Shown here: one piece after another, positions 9,022-20,660 of the stretch
How positions within the stretch are numbered: the stretch's first letter is position 1
How the letters are laid out: every line of letters starts with the position of its first letter
Source of the DNA: an uncultured Rivularia sp.
GTDB lineage: Bacteria; Cyanobacteriota; Cyanobacteriia; Cyanobacteriales; Nostocaceae
DNA: 64,000 bases
Direction of reading: 5' to 3'
Assembly (NCBI GenBank): GCA_963665115.1
Contig: OY762007.1
Span: 7,872,001 to 7,936,000, forward strand
Made by a program: the position numbers and the translations under genes
The notes under the pieces: model-generated
The model's input: only the letters and a program-made list of their open reading frames with translations
Told to the model about the DNA's origin: nothing
The model's database searches: none

Positions 9022-9954
9022 CTACGTCTCTACATTATTATTTAATAAATCTCCAAACCTTTGATTAAATCCTAAAATTCCCTGCAAACCACCTGTATGA
9101 ATTACCACAATCGTACTATTATCTTTAAAATTACCTTTTTCAATTTCATTCCATATTCCATAAAATAGTTTGCCTGTATAAATTGGGTCAAGTTGAAGCC
9201 GAAATTTCCCACAAAAATCATTAATAAAACCAATTAATTCTTGATTCCATTTTGTATAACCACCAAAATGATAATCTGTCACCAACTGCCAATTTTCATA
9301 CTTTTTCTCTACAGATTCCCATATCAAACTATTAATTTCATCTTTAATAAAATCACCCTTCAGCGCTGGAAAAACTTTCAAAATACACATCCCAGCTAAA
9401 CCAACAACTAAGCCAGCAGCCGTACCACCAGTACCGCTACTTACACAAAAATAATCCGGTACACCATCAAGTTGTTCGCGTACTTCTGCAACTATCTCTG
9501 CACAACCTTTAACCGCTAAAGTATTGCTTCCACCTTCTGGTATCACATAACACCTTCCCAATTCATTTTGTAAACCTGTGGCTATTAATTCTTTTTCTTG
9601 CCGATACTCTTTTCTTCCTACAAACACCAACTGCATTCCTTGCTGTTGTGCTAAATGCAAAGTAGGATTTAATGGCTTTACCAATTCTCCTCGAATCACA
9701 CCAATCGTCTCAAAACCAAACATATTACCTGCTGCTGCCGTCGCTGCAATATGATTGGAATAAGCTCCACCGAAAGTAAGCAAGCGTTTTTGTTGTTGCT
9801 GTTTTGCTGCTTGCAGATTATATTTTAATTTACGCCATTTATTCCCAGAAACTTGTGGGTGAATCAAATCATCGCGTTTAACAAATAGACGTATTCCGCG
9901 TTTTGTTAATAATTCATCTTGGATAAGCTGTAGCGGGCTTGGTTGATTGAGCAT
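9022..9954 (-). CDS. PLP-dependent D-cysteine desulfhydrase / ACC deaminase family protein
   Basis: KRDDL, SGNKWRKL, GGAYSNH, PEGGSN, GTGGT, LDPIYTGK, HTGGLQG. Confidence 0.9.
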   Translation of the reverse strand: MLNQPSPLQLIQDELLTKRGIRLFVKRDDLIHPQVSGNKWRKLKYNLQAAKQQQQKRLLTFGGAYSNHIAATAAAGNMFGFETIGVIRGELVKPLNPTLHLAQQQGMQLVFVGRKEYRQEKELIATGLQNELGRCYVIPEGGSNTLAVKGCAEIVAEVREQLDGVPDYFCVSSGTGGTAAGLVVGLAGMCILKVFPALKGDFIKDEINSLIWESVEKKYENWQLVTDYHFGGYTKWNQELIGFINDFCGKFRLQLDPIYTGKLFYGIWNEIEKGNFKDNSTIVVIHTGGLQGILGFNQRFGDLLNNNVET

Positions 9955-10112
9955 GAATTTATAAACTACTTTAATGAAAAAAGGCTGTATTACCAAGTCT
10001 TAACTAAAATTTTGCTTCCTAAATAAACGATTTTAAAGTTATCTAATCAATAATAGGAAATTTCAATAAAAAAATGGTAGTGGGAGCATCTTGCTCCCTA
10101 CTTTATTAAAAA

Positions 10113-10298
10113 ACTCCCAATTCCCAACTCATAACTCCCAATTCCCAACTCCCAACTCCCAATTCCCAATTCTCAACTCGCAACTCGCAACTCGCAACTC
10201 GCAACTCGCAATTCCCAATTCCCAATTCTCAACTCGCAATTCCCAACTCCCAACTCGCAATTCCCAACTCGCAATTCCCAACTCGCAATTCCCAACTC
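10113..10298. repeat. Long heptamer array (TTCCCAA/CTCGCAA/CTCCCAA)
   Basis: About 26 tandem heptamers immediately after the murJ stop. Confidence 0.9.
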
Positions 10299-11929
10299 CT
10301 ACCTTTTCAAAAACTTCTGCCGCATCCGACTAACAAAAAGATTAACTTCTGGTAAATCCATTGTTGAAACTATAATTCCAAAAATTGCTAATCCGACAAA
10401 ACCTGATATTGATAATTGCAAAAGCTGAATTAAGAAATTGTCCGAGCTTAAAATTTGTTGGATACCTAAAGAAGTCGCATAACTTGCCGCACCTGCTACT
10501 ACGCTACCCGCAGTTAACCCTAATATTGGTAAAACCCATTCAACAAGAGGTAAACCATTTAATTTACGGTTGAGTAGGAATAACAGCATTAACGTTGAGC
10601 TACAATTAACTCCCACAGTTGCTAATACTAAACCCGGTGCGCCAAAATCAAAAACTTTAATAAATAGATAATCAAATAAACCATTAAGAAAAATGTTTAT
10701 CATACTGATACGAAATGGTGTGTTTCCATCACCCAAAGCGTAAAAAACTCTGACTAAAACATCGCGCCCTAAATAAATAAACATACCGATGCCATTCACA
10801 ACCAGCAAAGAAGCAACCAATTTTGTAGCTTCTGGGTTAAAAGCACCGCGCTCGTAGACTATTTTTACAATCGGGTTTGCTAAAGCCACCATCAAAGCAC
10901 CCAAAGGCAACATTGTAAAAGCCGAAAGCAATAAACCCTCACGAATGCGTAATTTTAATTCTTCCCAATTTTGTGGATCTGCGAGTCGTGCAAACACTGG
11001 TAGCAAACGCACCAAAATTACATTAGAAATAATACCCAAAGGAGTTTGTACTAACAATCCAGCATTTGCGAGAGCAGGTGCAACTTCAGTACCAATAAAT
11101 CCAGCGAAATACAAATCGGTGTAAAGATTAAATTGCAGCATCCCAGAAGAAAAAGTTGCAGGGCCCCCATTATTTTCAGGACTTCCTTTACTGCTGGTTG
11201 ATTAAAGTCGAATCGCAATCGAATTCTGCCCATACCCGCTTTTGTTTGGGCTGCTATCTGCATAAACCATTGCAAAATAGCTCCTACCAAAGTTCCTACA
11301 GCTAAAAAGGTTCCTCCCAACATTGCATATTCGGGAGTACTAATTTCATTACCAACTTGCAGATAAAGAATGCCCACAGCCGCTACAAGTGCAGTACTAG
11401 AAAACAAAGGGCTGATAGAAGGAAGCCAATATACGTTCGCAGTATTCAACGCCCCAAAACCAATACCAATCAAACCCGCTAAAACCGCCATTGGAGCCAT
11501 AATTCGCAATTGACGGATAGCAATTTCTTGAACTAACTGCTTACCTGGGCCGTCTTCAACAGGCATTGTAAAAAGATCGACAAACAAAGGTGCGGTGATG
11601 ACTATAACGATTGAGACAACAAATAGTATTCCACCAATCAGCGTCGTAATCGTTTCCAGCAACGGCGCTGCTTCCTCCTTTTTGCGCTTAGCTAAAACGC
11701 TAACTACAGCGCTATAAAAAGGGCCGTTGATACCGCCAAGCAAAATCAGCAAAAATCCCGGTATCGTATAAGCGTATTGGAAAGCAGCAGCAGCAGGCCC
11801 CAAACCAAAAGCGGCAGATATAACCAGCTGCCGCACCAAACCAAAAATTTTACTAATTAAAGTGGCAGCGGCAATAATGCCAGCAATACCAGCAAACGAA
11901 CGAGAAGGTTTATCCTGTTGTTTTGTCAC
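10299..11929 (-). CDS. murJ: Lipid II flippase MurJ/MviN, split by an indel at ~11161-11168
   Basis: [40 protein letters not shown]. The halves join as [14 protein letters not shown] once the GGGCCCCC run is corrected. Confidence 0.85.
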
Positions 11930-12119
11930 AAATATTACCCGACAATATTCTCATTAAACATAGCTGAAAGTATTTAACCAGAAATTAAGTTAGTAGTCAG
12001 GGAAAATTTGATAAAAAAAGGTTGAAGAGTTAGGAGTTAGGAATTAGGAATTAGGAGTTAAGAGTTATTTTCTACCCCCTCTACCCCCTCTTCCCCCTCT
12101 ACCCCCTCTCCTCATCTCC

Positions 12120-12626
12120 CTACCGACAACCCAAGCTATACCGCGTCTCCACACCAGTTTCCGGGTTCACCCCCGAAGCGCGATCGCACATTAATTTCAC
12201 CTGATAGCGATCGATGATGGCATCTGTAAAATCGGCTCCGGTAATATCAGCGTCAAAAAAGCGAGTGCGGCTCATTGTTGCTTGTGTAAAGTTGGCATTT
12301 TTCAGATTGGCGTTATCCAGCGTTACTTGATCTACCAAAGCATTTGTAAAATTTGCCCCTTCTAAATTAGCTCCTAACAAATTGCCTTTGGTAAACATCG
12401 CATTTGTTAAATCAGAACCTTGAAAATTCGTTCCCCGCATTTCGGCGGCAATAAAATTGACTCCGACTAACTCTTTATTAGAGAAATCGCGGTTTTCTAA
12501 ATTTGTACTGCTGTAATTAATCGTGTCTATTTGAGCAAAAGCTGGATGAGCATCTAGTAGTACCCACAACCAAGCCAAACATAAAACGAACAGCAAACTT
12601 AAAAAGCGAAAAAGGATTTTTTTCAT
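12120..12626 (-). CDS. Secreted/lumenal pentapeptide repeat protein
   Basis: Signal peptide ending PAFA, A(N/D)Lxx repeats, terminal C…[10 protein letters not shown]. Confidence 0.85.
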   Translation of the reverse strand: MKKILFRFLSLLFVLCLAWLWVLLDAHPAFAQIDTINYSSTNLENRDFSNKELVGVNFIAAEMRGTNFQGSDLTNAMFTKGNLLGANLEGANFTNALVDQVTLDNANLKNANFTQATMSRTRFFDADITGADFTDAIIDRYQVKLMCDRASGVNPETGVETRYSLGCR

Positions 12627-12709
12627 AATCTTTAAATTTGGATAGTAGATAGCGGTTAGTGGATAGTGGTTAGTAGAAAAACCAACAACCAACAACTAAC
12701 AACTAACAA

Positions 12710-14149
12710 CTACTCCCAATCTTTCCCAATACGTATTGTTAGGTCAGATTCTATATCGCCAGTGGCGGATACATCAATATGATTGATCCCTAAAATTTGC
12801 TGTAATTCTTGTGCTGCTGCTATATTTCCTTTTTGGACTATGATTTCGGGTTTTGCTCGTTTATCCGGCCAGTTGGGCACGGCGTAAACTTTTGTAAAGC
12901 CTTGTTTTTTAAGGGTTTCGATAAGTTTTTGAGTTTGTTCGGGGCGATTATCTGTATTTTGAACGGCAATTCTTAAGCTGGTAAGCGGTTTGTTACTTTG
13001 CCTGAGACTAGCTAGGTTTACTCCGGTGTAATCGGAAAGTAAGTTACCTTGTCCGGTCAAATTTAACCAGTAACTGTCAGGATCTGCACTCAAACGGCTG
13101 AATATTCCCGGTAACATGGTCATTTGAAAATCGTCTTTCTCCACTTTTAAAGTGAAGTTGACTAAAGCCATCATTTCTTCCAGCTTTAAGTTGGTGTCAA
13201 AGTACTTCCGCATTACGCGAGTTAACTGCGGTAAGCGAGGTAATACTTTCGGACTCCAAAGACGTTCGCGCAAAGCTAACAACATTGTTTGCTGTCGCTG
13301 GACTCTTTCCAAATCGCCGGAAGCTTCTTCACGGTAACGGACGTATTGTTCTGCTTGTTCCCCGTTTAAAGTTTGCCAACCACCGACTAAATCAATCGAT
13401 AGGTTTTGAGCCGAATCTCTGTACTGCATGGTTTTAGGTACAAATACTTCTACTCCTCCCAACTGGTCTACTAACTGCTGCATTCCAGCGGTAGAAATAC
13501 GAATGTAGCGATGAATTGGCGCATTACTCAAACTACGACTGACGACTCGCACTGCTAAAACTGGGCCACCAAATGCGTTGGCTTGGGATACCTTATTTAA
13601 TCCCTCTTCAGGAATTGAAATCATCGTACCCTTGGGAATCGAAAGTACCCGAATGCTTTTATTTTGAGGATTAACTCTTACCAGCAGCATGGTATCGCTA
13701 GTTCCAGCAAAACTTTCTGGCGAACCTTCAACCGTACCGGGTACGGGTTCGATTCCCAAAACCAAAATATTCATTGGTTTTTTAAGCTGGTATTGCGAAA
13801 TATCACTCCACAAAGTTCCAGGTAACGGCGCATCATCAGCATCTATTGGCGACCATCCCAACTCCGAATCACTTTTTTCGATGCCGCTCCATAACGGAGT
13901 CCAAAGCGCCAAACTTGATACCAGTAACCCCGATAAAGTAATCCCCATTACAACTGTGAGAATCCAGAACAGCCATCTGGGCATTGACAAGCCCAGCCGA
14001 TAATAAAGCTGACTGGGAATAGAACCCGTTTTTTTGGTTGTTTTAGGCTCAATATTGATTAAATCACCGTCTACAGGAGCTTGACTCTGTAATTCTTGCT
14101 CCCGTTCGTAAATATCCTGATTTTCCCAACTTTCTACTTGTTTAACCAC
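12710..14149 (-). CDS. LCP (LytR-CpsA-Psr) family protein with LytR_C domain
   Basis: TM anchor, NILVLG, SDTMLL, LSIP, LVDQLGGVEV, YVRYR…GDLERVQRQQ, DLTIRIGKD. Confidence 0.9.
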   Translation of the reverse strand: MVKQVESWENQDIYEREQELQSQAPVDGDLINIEPKTTKKTGSIPSQLYYRLGLSMPRWLFWILTVVMGITLSGLLVSSLALWTPLWSGIEKSDSELGWSPIDADDAPLPGTLWSDISQYQLKKPMNILVLGIEPVPGTVEGSPESFAGTSDTMLLVRVNPQNKSIRVLSIPKGTMISIPEEGLNKVSQANAFGGPVLAVRVVSRSLSNAPIHRYIRISTAGMQQLVDQLGGVEVFVPKTMQYRDSAQNLSIDLVGGWQTLNGEQAEQYVRYREEASGDLERVQRQQTMLLALRERLWSPKVLPRLPQLTRVMRKYFDTNLKLEEMMALVNFTLKVEKDDFQMTMLPGIFSRLSADPDSYWLNLTGQGNLLSDYTGVNLASLRQSNKPLTSLRIAVQNTDNRPEQTQKLIETLKKQGFTKVYAVPNWPDKRAKPEIIVQKGNIAAAQELQQILGINHIDVSATGDIESDLTIRIGKDWE

Positions 14150-14264
14150 AACTCACTCCCCACTAACCAATCCCTAAACGTTATGTTAATTCAAGCCAAA
14201 AATGTTGCCACTTTAAAAGCCCACTGTACACTTGAAGTGTCGTAAATTAGGTTGGTAAGACAAC

Positions 14265-15329
14265 ATGACTAGTCGATTTTTCCCCGTAATTCTTGCAGGT
14301 GGTAAAGGCGAACGTTTTTGGCCTCTTTCTCGACGAACCCGACCGAAGCAATTTTTAAATCTTGATGGCACCTCTCGAAGCTTAATGCAAGCCACTGCTG
14401 ACCGGCTGCTACCGCTAACTGATGGTTGGGATTCCTTATGGGTGATAACTTCTAGTCTCATCGCAGAAGGCGTGAAAGAGCAATTACCAGAATTGCCTGA
14501 AGCTAACTTGCTTGTAGAACCACAAGGAAGAGATACAGCAGCAGCAGTTGCCTGGGCTAGTTTGGAAATTAAAAAGCGTTATGGTGAAGACGCGATTATT
14601 GGTTTTTTCCCTGCCGATCACTGGATTGCCGACCAGGAGGCATTTGCAAGTACATTAAGTGCAGCAGCAGAATTAGCGGCAAATAATCCGGCGATTGTAA
14701 CTTTGGGGATCAAACCAACATTTCCATCAACAGGCTACGGCTACATAGAACAAGGTGAAAAGTTTGGTAGCTTTAACAACTTGCCAGCCTACCACGTTAA
14801 CCGCTTTACTGAAAAGCCCGACCGCGACACGGCGGAAACTTTTTTACAAACGGGACGCTTTAGCTGGAACAGCGGAATGTTCTTTTTTCGAGCAGGGGTT
14901 GTTATCAAAGAATTATATAATTATGCTCCAGAAATAATCGAACCTATCGAAAAAAACGGTCCTTCTATTTATCCCGAACTCCCCAAACTAAGTGTAGACT
15001 ATGCCTTGATGGAAAAGACCAAGCTAGCATACGTCCTACCAGTAGAATTTGGCTGGGACGATCTAGGAGACTGGAACGCCATTGAAAGACTGCTCAAAAA
15101 AGAAACAGACGCAAATGTCGAATTAGCTACTCATGTAGGATTGGACACCAAAGGAGCCATTCTCTACGCCAGCAATGATGATGATGTAATTGTTACTATT
15201 GGCTTGGAAGATGTAGTCGTCGTTCGCGACCAGAATGTCACCCTAATCGTCAAAAAAGAACGCACCCAAGAAATCAAGCAGGTACTTAAAAATCTACAGT
15301 CGGATTCCCGCTTTACCGAACTACTTTAA
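14265..15329 (+). CDS. manC: Mannose-1-phosphate guanylyltransferase
   Basis: ILAGGKGERFWPLSR..RPKQF, EP.GRDTA, PADH, FTEKP, WNSGMF, GWDDLG.W. Confidence 0.9.
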   Translation: MTSRFFPVILAGGKGERFWPLSRRTRPKQFLNLDGTSRSLMQATADRLLPLTDGWDSLWVITSSLIAEGVKEQLPELPEANLLVEPQGRDTAAAVAWASLEIKKRYGEDAIIGFFPADHWIADQEAFASTLSAAAELAANNPAIVTLGIKPTFPSTGYGYIEQGEKFGSFNNLPAYHVNRFTEKPDRDTAETFLQTGRFSWNSGMFFFRAGVVIKELYNYAPEIIEPIEKNGPSIYPELPKLSVDYALMEKTKLAYVLPVEFGWDDLGDWNAIERLLKKETDANVELATHVGLDTKGAILYASNDDDVIVTIGLEDVVVVRDQNVTLIVKKERTQEIKQVLKNLQSDSRFTELL

Positions 15330-15646
15330 CGTAACTATAAAGTAACTATGTCTTAAGGATTATTTATTAGGGATTGGGTAGCGGTGAAATACAAAAATCC
15401 ACCCTACCCAATCGCCCATATTTAAAACCTAATACCTAAAGTCCTTCATGAAAAATAAAACCTCAAACCCTTGACAGAAGCGCAAAGCCTATTTTTCCTA
15501 CTAGTATAACTATTCAGTCAGTTTTCAGGGGGATTGGGCATAGGGCAAGGTTAAGAATAATTTACTCCCAATTCGCTACTCATTACTTGCTACTCCCTAC
15601 TCTCTACTCCTAACTATTCCCAATTCCTATTAATTACTATTAAAAA

Positions 15647-17297
15647 ATGTTTCTAACCCAAACCGTTCCTCGCCAAAGAGAAATTATTGAAGTTTTATTC
15701 CGCAATGGCTGGGATTATATGCGAAGGCTGATTACTCTTGGTAAAGCCGATGAACCCCAGTTACCTCCTCCTGCGGTTTTAAAAAATATTTTGGTAGATT
15801 TGGGTCCGGTTTATATTAAGCTGGGCCAATTACTTTCTACTCGTCCGGATTTGCTGAGTGCTTCTTATATTGACGAACTTTCGACTTTACAAGATGATGT
15901 ACCACCCGTACCTTGGGCTGATGTCGAAATACTCATTCGCAAGCAGTTGAAGGGGCCCTTTAGAAGAAAGTTTTTCTACAATTAATCCGGTACCTGTAGC
16001 TGCGGGTTCTATTGCTCAAACACATAAAGCTATTCTTGCAAGCGGGCAAGAAGTGGCGATGAAGGTGCAGCGTCCGGGAATTGGTTTGATTGTTGACCAA
16101 GATATTGCTTTAATTCAAGGTATCGCCGAATTAGTCGCTCGTACTGATTTTGGACAAGCTAATGATATAAAGGCGATCGCCGATGAATTTTGTACAGCAT
16201 TACAAGCAGAATTAGATTTTACGCGGGAAGCTGGTTTTACCGATCAGCTACGACGCAATTTATCCGAAGGTAGCTGGTTCGATCCTAAAGATATAGTAGT
16301 TGCCGAAATCTACTGGGAGTTAACTTCGCCAAAATTAATGGTGATGGAATGGCTCGATGGTGCGCCAATTTTATCGGCAACTATACCCAACGAGAATAAT
16401 AAAGAAACGAATCAGGAAACAGAACGTCAAAGAGTTACCAGTTTGTTATTTGCTGTTTTTTGTCAGCAACTATATGTAGATGGTTTCTTTCATGCAGATC
16501 CCCATCCCGGCAACATATTTTATCTTAATGATGGTCGCGTAGCCTTGTTAGACTGCGGTATGGTAGGAAGACTCGACCCCCGCACCCAGCAAATATTGAT
16601 AGAAATGCTGCTCGCTATTGTGGATTTAGATGCTCCCAGGTGCGCTCAGTTGACTTTGCAGTTATCGGGTGCATCTGAGGCAGTGGATATGTCACGTCTG
16701 GAAGGTGATTTTGACAGGATGCTGCGAAAATACTTCAATCTCAGCTTAGCTCAACTTAATTTTTCTGAGATAGTTTACGAAGTTTTTCAAGTTGCTCGCA
16801 ACAACAATATCCGCTTACCCAGCAACATGGGACTATACGCTAAAACCATCGCCAATTTAGAAGGATTAGCTAGAGGATTTAACCCAGAAATCAATTTCCT
16901 CGAAGAAATCAAACCTTTTTTAACAGACTTATTCCGCAAACAGCTAGTTGGGGATTCACCAGTTCGTTCCCTTTTGAGAACAGCATTAGATTTAAAAAGT
17001 CTTTCCCTACAATTCCCCCGTCAAATCGAATACTTGTTAGAGAAGGTAACAACAGAAACCTTACAGTGGAACTTAACAGTAAAAGGTTTAGAAGGATTGC
17101 GCCGCACCACAGACGCAGCAGCCAATAGACTATCTTTTAGCGTCCTAGTAGGTTCCCTGATAATGGGTGCAGCAATTATATCCACCAATGCACAAACCGC
17201 CCAGTTATCTTTAATTAGTAATATCCTGTTTGCTGCCGCGAGTTTATTAGGGCTGTGGTTAATTGTCAGTATTATACGCTCCGGGAGATTGCGCTAG
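15647..17297 (+). CDS. AarF/ABC1/UbiB family kinase, split by a +1 indel at ~15952-15961
   Basis: LGPVYIKLGQLLSTRPD, then after the shift VAAGSIAQTH, KVQRPG, GFFHADPHPGN, LDCGMVG. Confidence 0.85.
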
Positions 17298-17561
17298 GAG
17301 GGGAGATGGGGGGACAAGGGGACAAGGTGATGGGGTGAAAATAAGTTTAGAGTTAGGAGTTAGGAGTAGTGGGAGCATCTTGCTCCCTTGCTGTTTCTAA
17401 ACGGGAAAAATGCATGATACCTAATTCCCAATGCCCAATCCCCCATCCCCAATGCCCAATTACCAATTACCAATTACCAATTACCAATTACCAATTACCA
17501 ATTCCCATTTTTCCCTTAAACCTTTAATGTTAGATATAATGCACCGTTTGAAATAAGATAT

Positions 17562-18548
17562 ATGTCTATCATAATTGCTCAGGATTTGAGCAAAGTTTAT
17601 CCAGTCGCTATTAAGAAACCGGGTATTAAAGGTACAGTTTCTCATTTCTTTCGCCGCAAGTACCGGGAAATTAAAGCTGTTAATAATGTATCTTTTGAAA
17701 TTGCACCCGGTGAGGTGGTGGGTTTTTTGGGGGCAAACGGTGCGGGGAAAACTACTACTCTCAAAATGCTGACTGGGTTAATCCATCCGAGTAGCGGTAA
17801 TGTACGAGTTGCAGGAAACATTCCGTTTAGTCGTAAAGAAGCTTTTTTGCAGCAAATTACGTTGGTAATGGGACAAAAACAGCAGTTGTTATGGGATTTA
17901 CCGGCTCTGGATTCTTTAAAAATTAACGCTGCTGTTTACAGTATTCCCGATAAAGAATTTCGTCGTCGAGTGGGAGAGTTAACGGAAATGCTTTCACTCG
18001 AAGATAAATTAACTCAACCCGTGCGAAAAATGTCTTTGGGTGAGCGCATGAAGGCTGAACTATTAGCGGCACTTTTACATCGTCCCCAGGTATTATTTTT
18101 GGATGAACCGACTTTAGGATTGGATGTCAACGCTCAAGTTAATGTCCGGGATTTTTTGCGGGAATACAATCAGCGCTATCAAGCAACAGTTTTGTTAACC
18201 AGTCACTACATGGCGGATATCACAGCTTTGTGCAAGCGGGTGCTGTTGATTCATCAAGGGCAATTAATGTATGACGGTAGTTTAGATGGACTTTTAGAAA
18301 GATTTGCGCCTTATCGAGTGGTTAATGTGGAGCTAGCGCAAACTGTAGACTTAGTTAAATTAGAGACATTTGGTGAAGTTAAAGCGCATGACGGCAGAAT
18401 GGCTGGTTTTATGATTCCTCAAGAGAAACTTACCAGTACGGTGTCGCGTATTTTAAATGAATTAGAAGTAGTCGATTTGACTGTTACAGAACCACCTGTA
18501 GAGGAAGTAATTGGGAAAGTATTTCAAGCGGGAGGGGTTGGCAGTTAG
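17562..18548 (+). CDS. ABC exporter ATP-binding subunit (viologen-exporter EvrA-like)
   Basis: Walker A GANGAGKTT, VMGQKQQLLWDLP, MSLGERMK, LFLDEPT, TSHYM. Confidence 0.85.
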   Translation: MSIIIAQDLSKVYPVAIKKPGIKGTVSHFFRRKYREIKAVNNVSFEIAPGEVVGFLGANGAGKTTTLKMLTGLIHPSSGNVRVAGNIPFSRKEAFLQQITLVMGQKQQLLWDLPALDSLKINAAVYSIPDKEFRRRVGELTEMLSLEDKLTQPVRKMSLGERMKAELLAALLHRPQVLFLDEPTLGLDVNAQVNVRDFLREYNQRYQATVLLTSHYMADITALCKRVLLIHQGQLMYDGSLDGLLERFAPYRVVNVELAQTVDLVKLETFGEVKAHDGRMAGFMIPQEKLTSTVSRILNELEVVDLTVTEPPVEEVIGKVFQAGGVGS

Positions 18549-18647
18549 CAGTTAGCAGTTATCAGTTAACAATTACCAATTACGAGTTGGAGAATATCTG
18601 TTTATATTAGCGAGGAGCGAGAACGTTAGTACTCAACTTGCTAAACG

Positions 18648-18914
18648 CTATTCATAATGAGTCCACATCCGCAAAATTTTCACTGTATTTTCAGACTCAA
18701 TCACCTCGTACACGAGACGATGCTGAATATTAATTCGCCGCGAATATGCACCTTCCAAATCTCCCACTAATTTTTCGTAGGGTGGTGGATTCTCAAATGG
18801 ATTGATTTGAATAATGTCTAGTAGAGCTTGCGCTTTATCTCGTAAATTACTAGAAGCTAGCTTTTTGGCATCTTTCTGCGCCTGTTTTGTATAAACTAAA
18901 TCCCAACTCACCAT
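18648..18914 (-). CDS. yoeB: Txe/YoeB family toxin
   Basis: NPFENPPPYEKLVGDLEGAYSRRINIQHRLVY…WTHYE. Confidence 0.9.
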   Translation of the reverse strand: MVSWDLVYTKQAQKDAKKLASSNLRDKAQALLDIIQINPFENPPPYEKLVGDLEGAYSRRINIQHRLVYEVIESENTVKILRMWTHYE

Positions 18915-19153
18915 TCCAATGCGCGATCGCACTCCTCAATCGGTGTTGCTAGTCCCTCCCGAATCGATTCTCGCATTCCTGGAACTGAAAGAAGATATAA
19001 TGTTTCCTGCACCGATGCCCAATCAGCTTCAGATAACAACACTGCATTGCTATGCTCTCCTGCGATAATGATGGGCTGATGCGACTGGCTCACCGAATCA
19101 ATCAAATTCTGCAACTGCTGCTGAGCTTTATTGACTGGAATCATAACTTTCAA
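18908..19153 (-). CDS. yefM: Phd/YefM family antitoxin
   Basis: NAVLLSEADWASVQETLYLLSVPGMRESIREGL; overlaps the toxin start. Confidence 0.9.
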   Translation of the reverse strand: MKVMIPVNKAQQQLQNLIDSVSQSHQPIIIAGEHSNAVLLSEADWASVQETLYLLSVPGMRESIREGLATPIEECDRALEW

Positions 19154-19376
19154 TTTTGGGGTTGTAAAAGCTTATATATTTTAATCAATTTTAATGCTCT
19201 GACAAATTCTACAAATATCTTTCTTGAAAATACCAATTACGGCATCGCAGCAAGAAATACTTAAAATCCCACAATCCCTCACTTCAGATAATTCTCTTTT
19301 ATTTCTCTAAGTAGATTTATCATTTATTTCTACAAGCTAAATTTACAAATATTATTAATATTTTCATCTTGATGAT

Positions 19377-20495
19377 ATGCAGTTACAACTGAAAAATGAA
19401 CTTGTAAAACAGGAGGTTAAAGCCGCTCTAGCTGTTGAGCCTGCGGAATCTGCCGAGATTGTTGGTTTGCTTTATGTAACAGATGCGACTCCGGGTATCA
19501 AGCGTCAACGCAAGGGTAAGGGATTTTGTTATTACGATGCGGAAGGTAATAAAATCTGTTGCGAAGATGAATTAAATAGAATCAAAGCCCTCGTTATACC
19601 TCCAGCTTGGGATGAAGTCTGGATTTGTGCAGATACTTGCGGGCATTTACAGGCTACGGGAAGAGATGAAAAGGGACGCAAGCAGTATAGATATCACGCA
19701 CATTGGCGGAAAATTCGTTCTCAAACTAAGTTTAATCGCACAATTGCTTTCGGTTTGGCTTTACCTAAAATTCGGGAACAGGTACAAAAAGATTTAAGAA
19801 AACACGGTTTACCTAAAGAGAAAGTTTTGGCAGCTACTGTAAAACTTTTAGAAACTACTAAAATTCGCGTCGGTAACGAGCAGTATGCCCAAAGGAATAA
19901 GTCTTTTGGCTTAACGACAATGAAACAGCGTCATGTTGATATTTCCGGTTCGCGGTTGCGATTTAAGTTTCGTGGTAAAAGTGGTGTAGATCACGATATT
20001 GAATTGTGCGATCGCCGTTTAGCAAAGATTGTTAAGCGAATTCAAGAATTACCAGGGCAAGAGTTGTTTCAATTTATAGATGATAACGATAAACGTCAGT
20101 CAATTGATTCTGGCGATGTTAATGATTATCTCAAAGAAATTACCGATTTAGATTTTACTGCCAAAGATTTTCGTACCTGGTTTGGAACCGTATTAGCAGC
20201 AGAAGAATTATACGAATTGGGCGAATCTGAATCGGAAAAACAAGCCAAGAAAAATATTGTTCAAGCAATTAAAAATGTAGCTGAAGAATTAGGAAATCGT
20301 CCTGCAACCTGCCGTAAATATTACGTTCATCCAGGAATTTTAGTGGCATATCAAGACGGTTCGTTATTTGCAGAAATCGAAAAAGAAGATTTAAAAGAAA
20401 ATTCCAAAAATAAACTAAAATTACGTCCGGTAGAACAAGCGGTACTAAACATTTTAGAAAAGCATTTGTTGCAAGAAGTTGAAGAAAACGAATAG
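19377..20495 (+). CDS. Bacterial DNA topoisomerase IB
   Basis: IPPAW, GHLQATGRD.KGRKQYRYH, IRVGN, FRGKSG, KDFRTW, LGNRPATCRKYYVHP (catalytic R/K/R/N/Y set). Confidence 0.92.
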   Translation: MQLQLKNELVKQEVKAALAVEPAESAEIVGLLYVTDATPGIKRQRKGKGFCYYDAEGNKICCEDELNRIKALVIPPAWDEVWICADTCGHLQATGRDEKGRKQYRYHAHWRKIRSQTKFNRTIAFGLALPKIREQVQKDLRKHGLPKEKVLAATVKLLETTKIRVGNEQYAQRNKSFGLTTMKQRHVDISGSRLRFKFRGKSGVDHDIELCDRRLAKIVKRIQELPGQELFQFIDDNDKRQSIDSGDVNDYLKEITDLDFTAKDFRTWFGTVLAAEELYELGESESEKQAKKNIVQAIKNVAEELGNRPATCRKYYVHPGILVAYQDGSLFAEIEKEDLKENSKNKLKLRPVEQAVLNILEKHLLQEVEENE

Positions 20496-20660
20496 CTTTG
20501 CTTTTATTTGTGTTGGATTATGATTTATTATATAACAGTAATTTATGATTTTTCTCCTTCGTACTATAGATTTATTTTTAAGCATAAAAGTATAAAGTAA
20601 CAGTCAGTGAGATGAAATCATCAAGCAGTTATGAAATGTAGAACTGATAACTGACAACTG

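Noticed and set aside
10113..10298. Possible CRISPR array
   Set aside because: Contiguous 7-bp units with no unique spacers; no repeat-spacer array or cas gene seen anywhere in the window.
15952..15961. Programmed ribosomal frameshifting in the split genes
   Set aside because: Six unrelated genes share the same homopolymer-gain pattern and I saw no stimulatory structure; sequencing error is simpler.
19377..20495. Phage integrase / prophage boundary
   Set aside because: Motifs match topoisomerase IB (a related fold); no att repeats or phage genes nearby.
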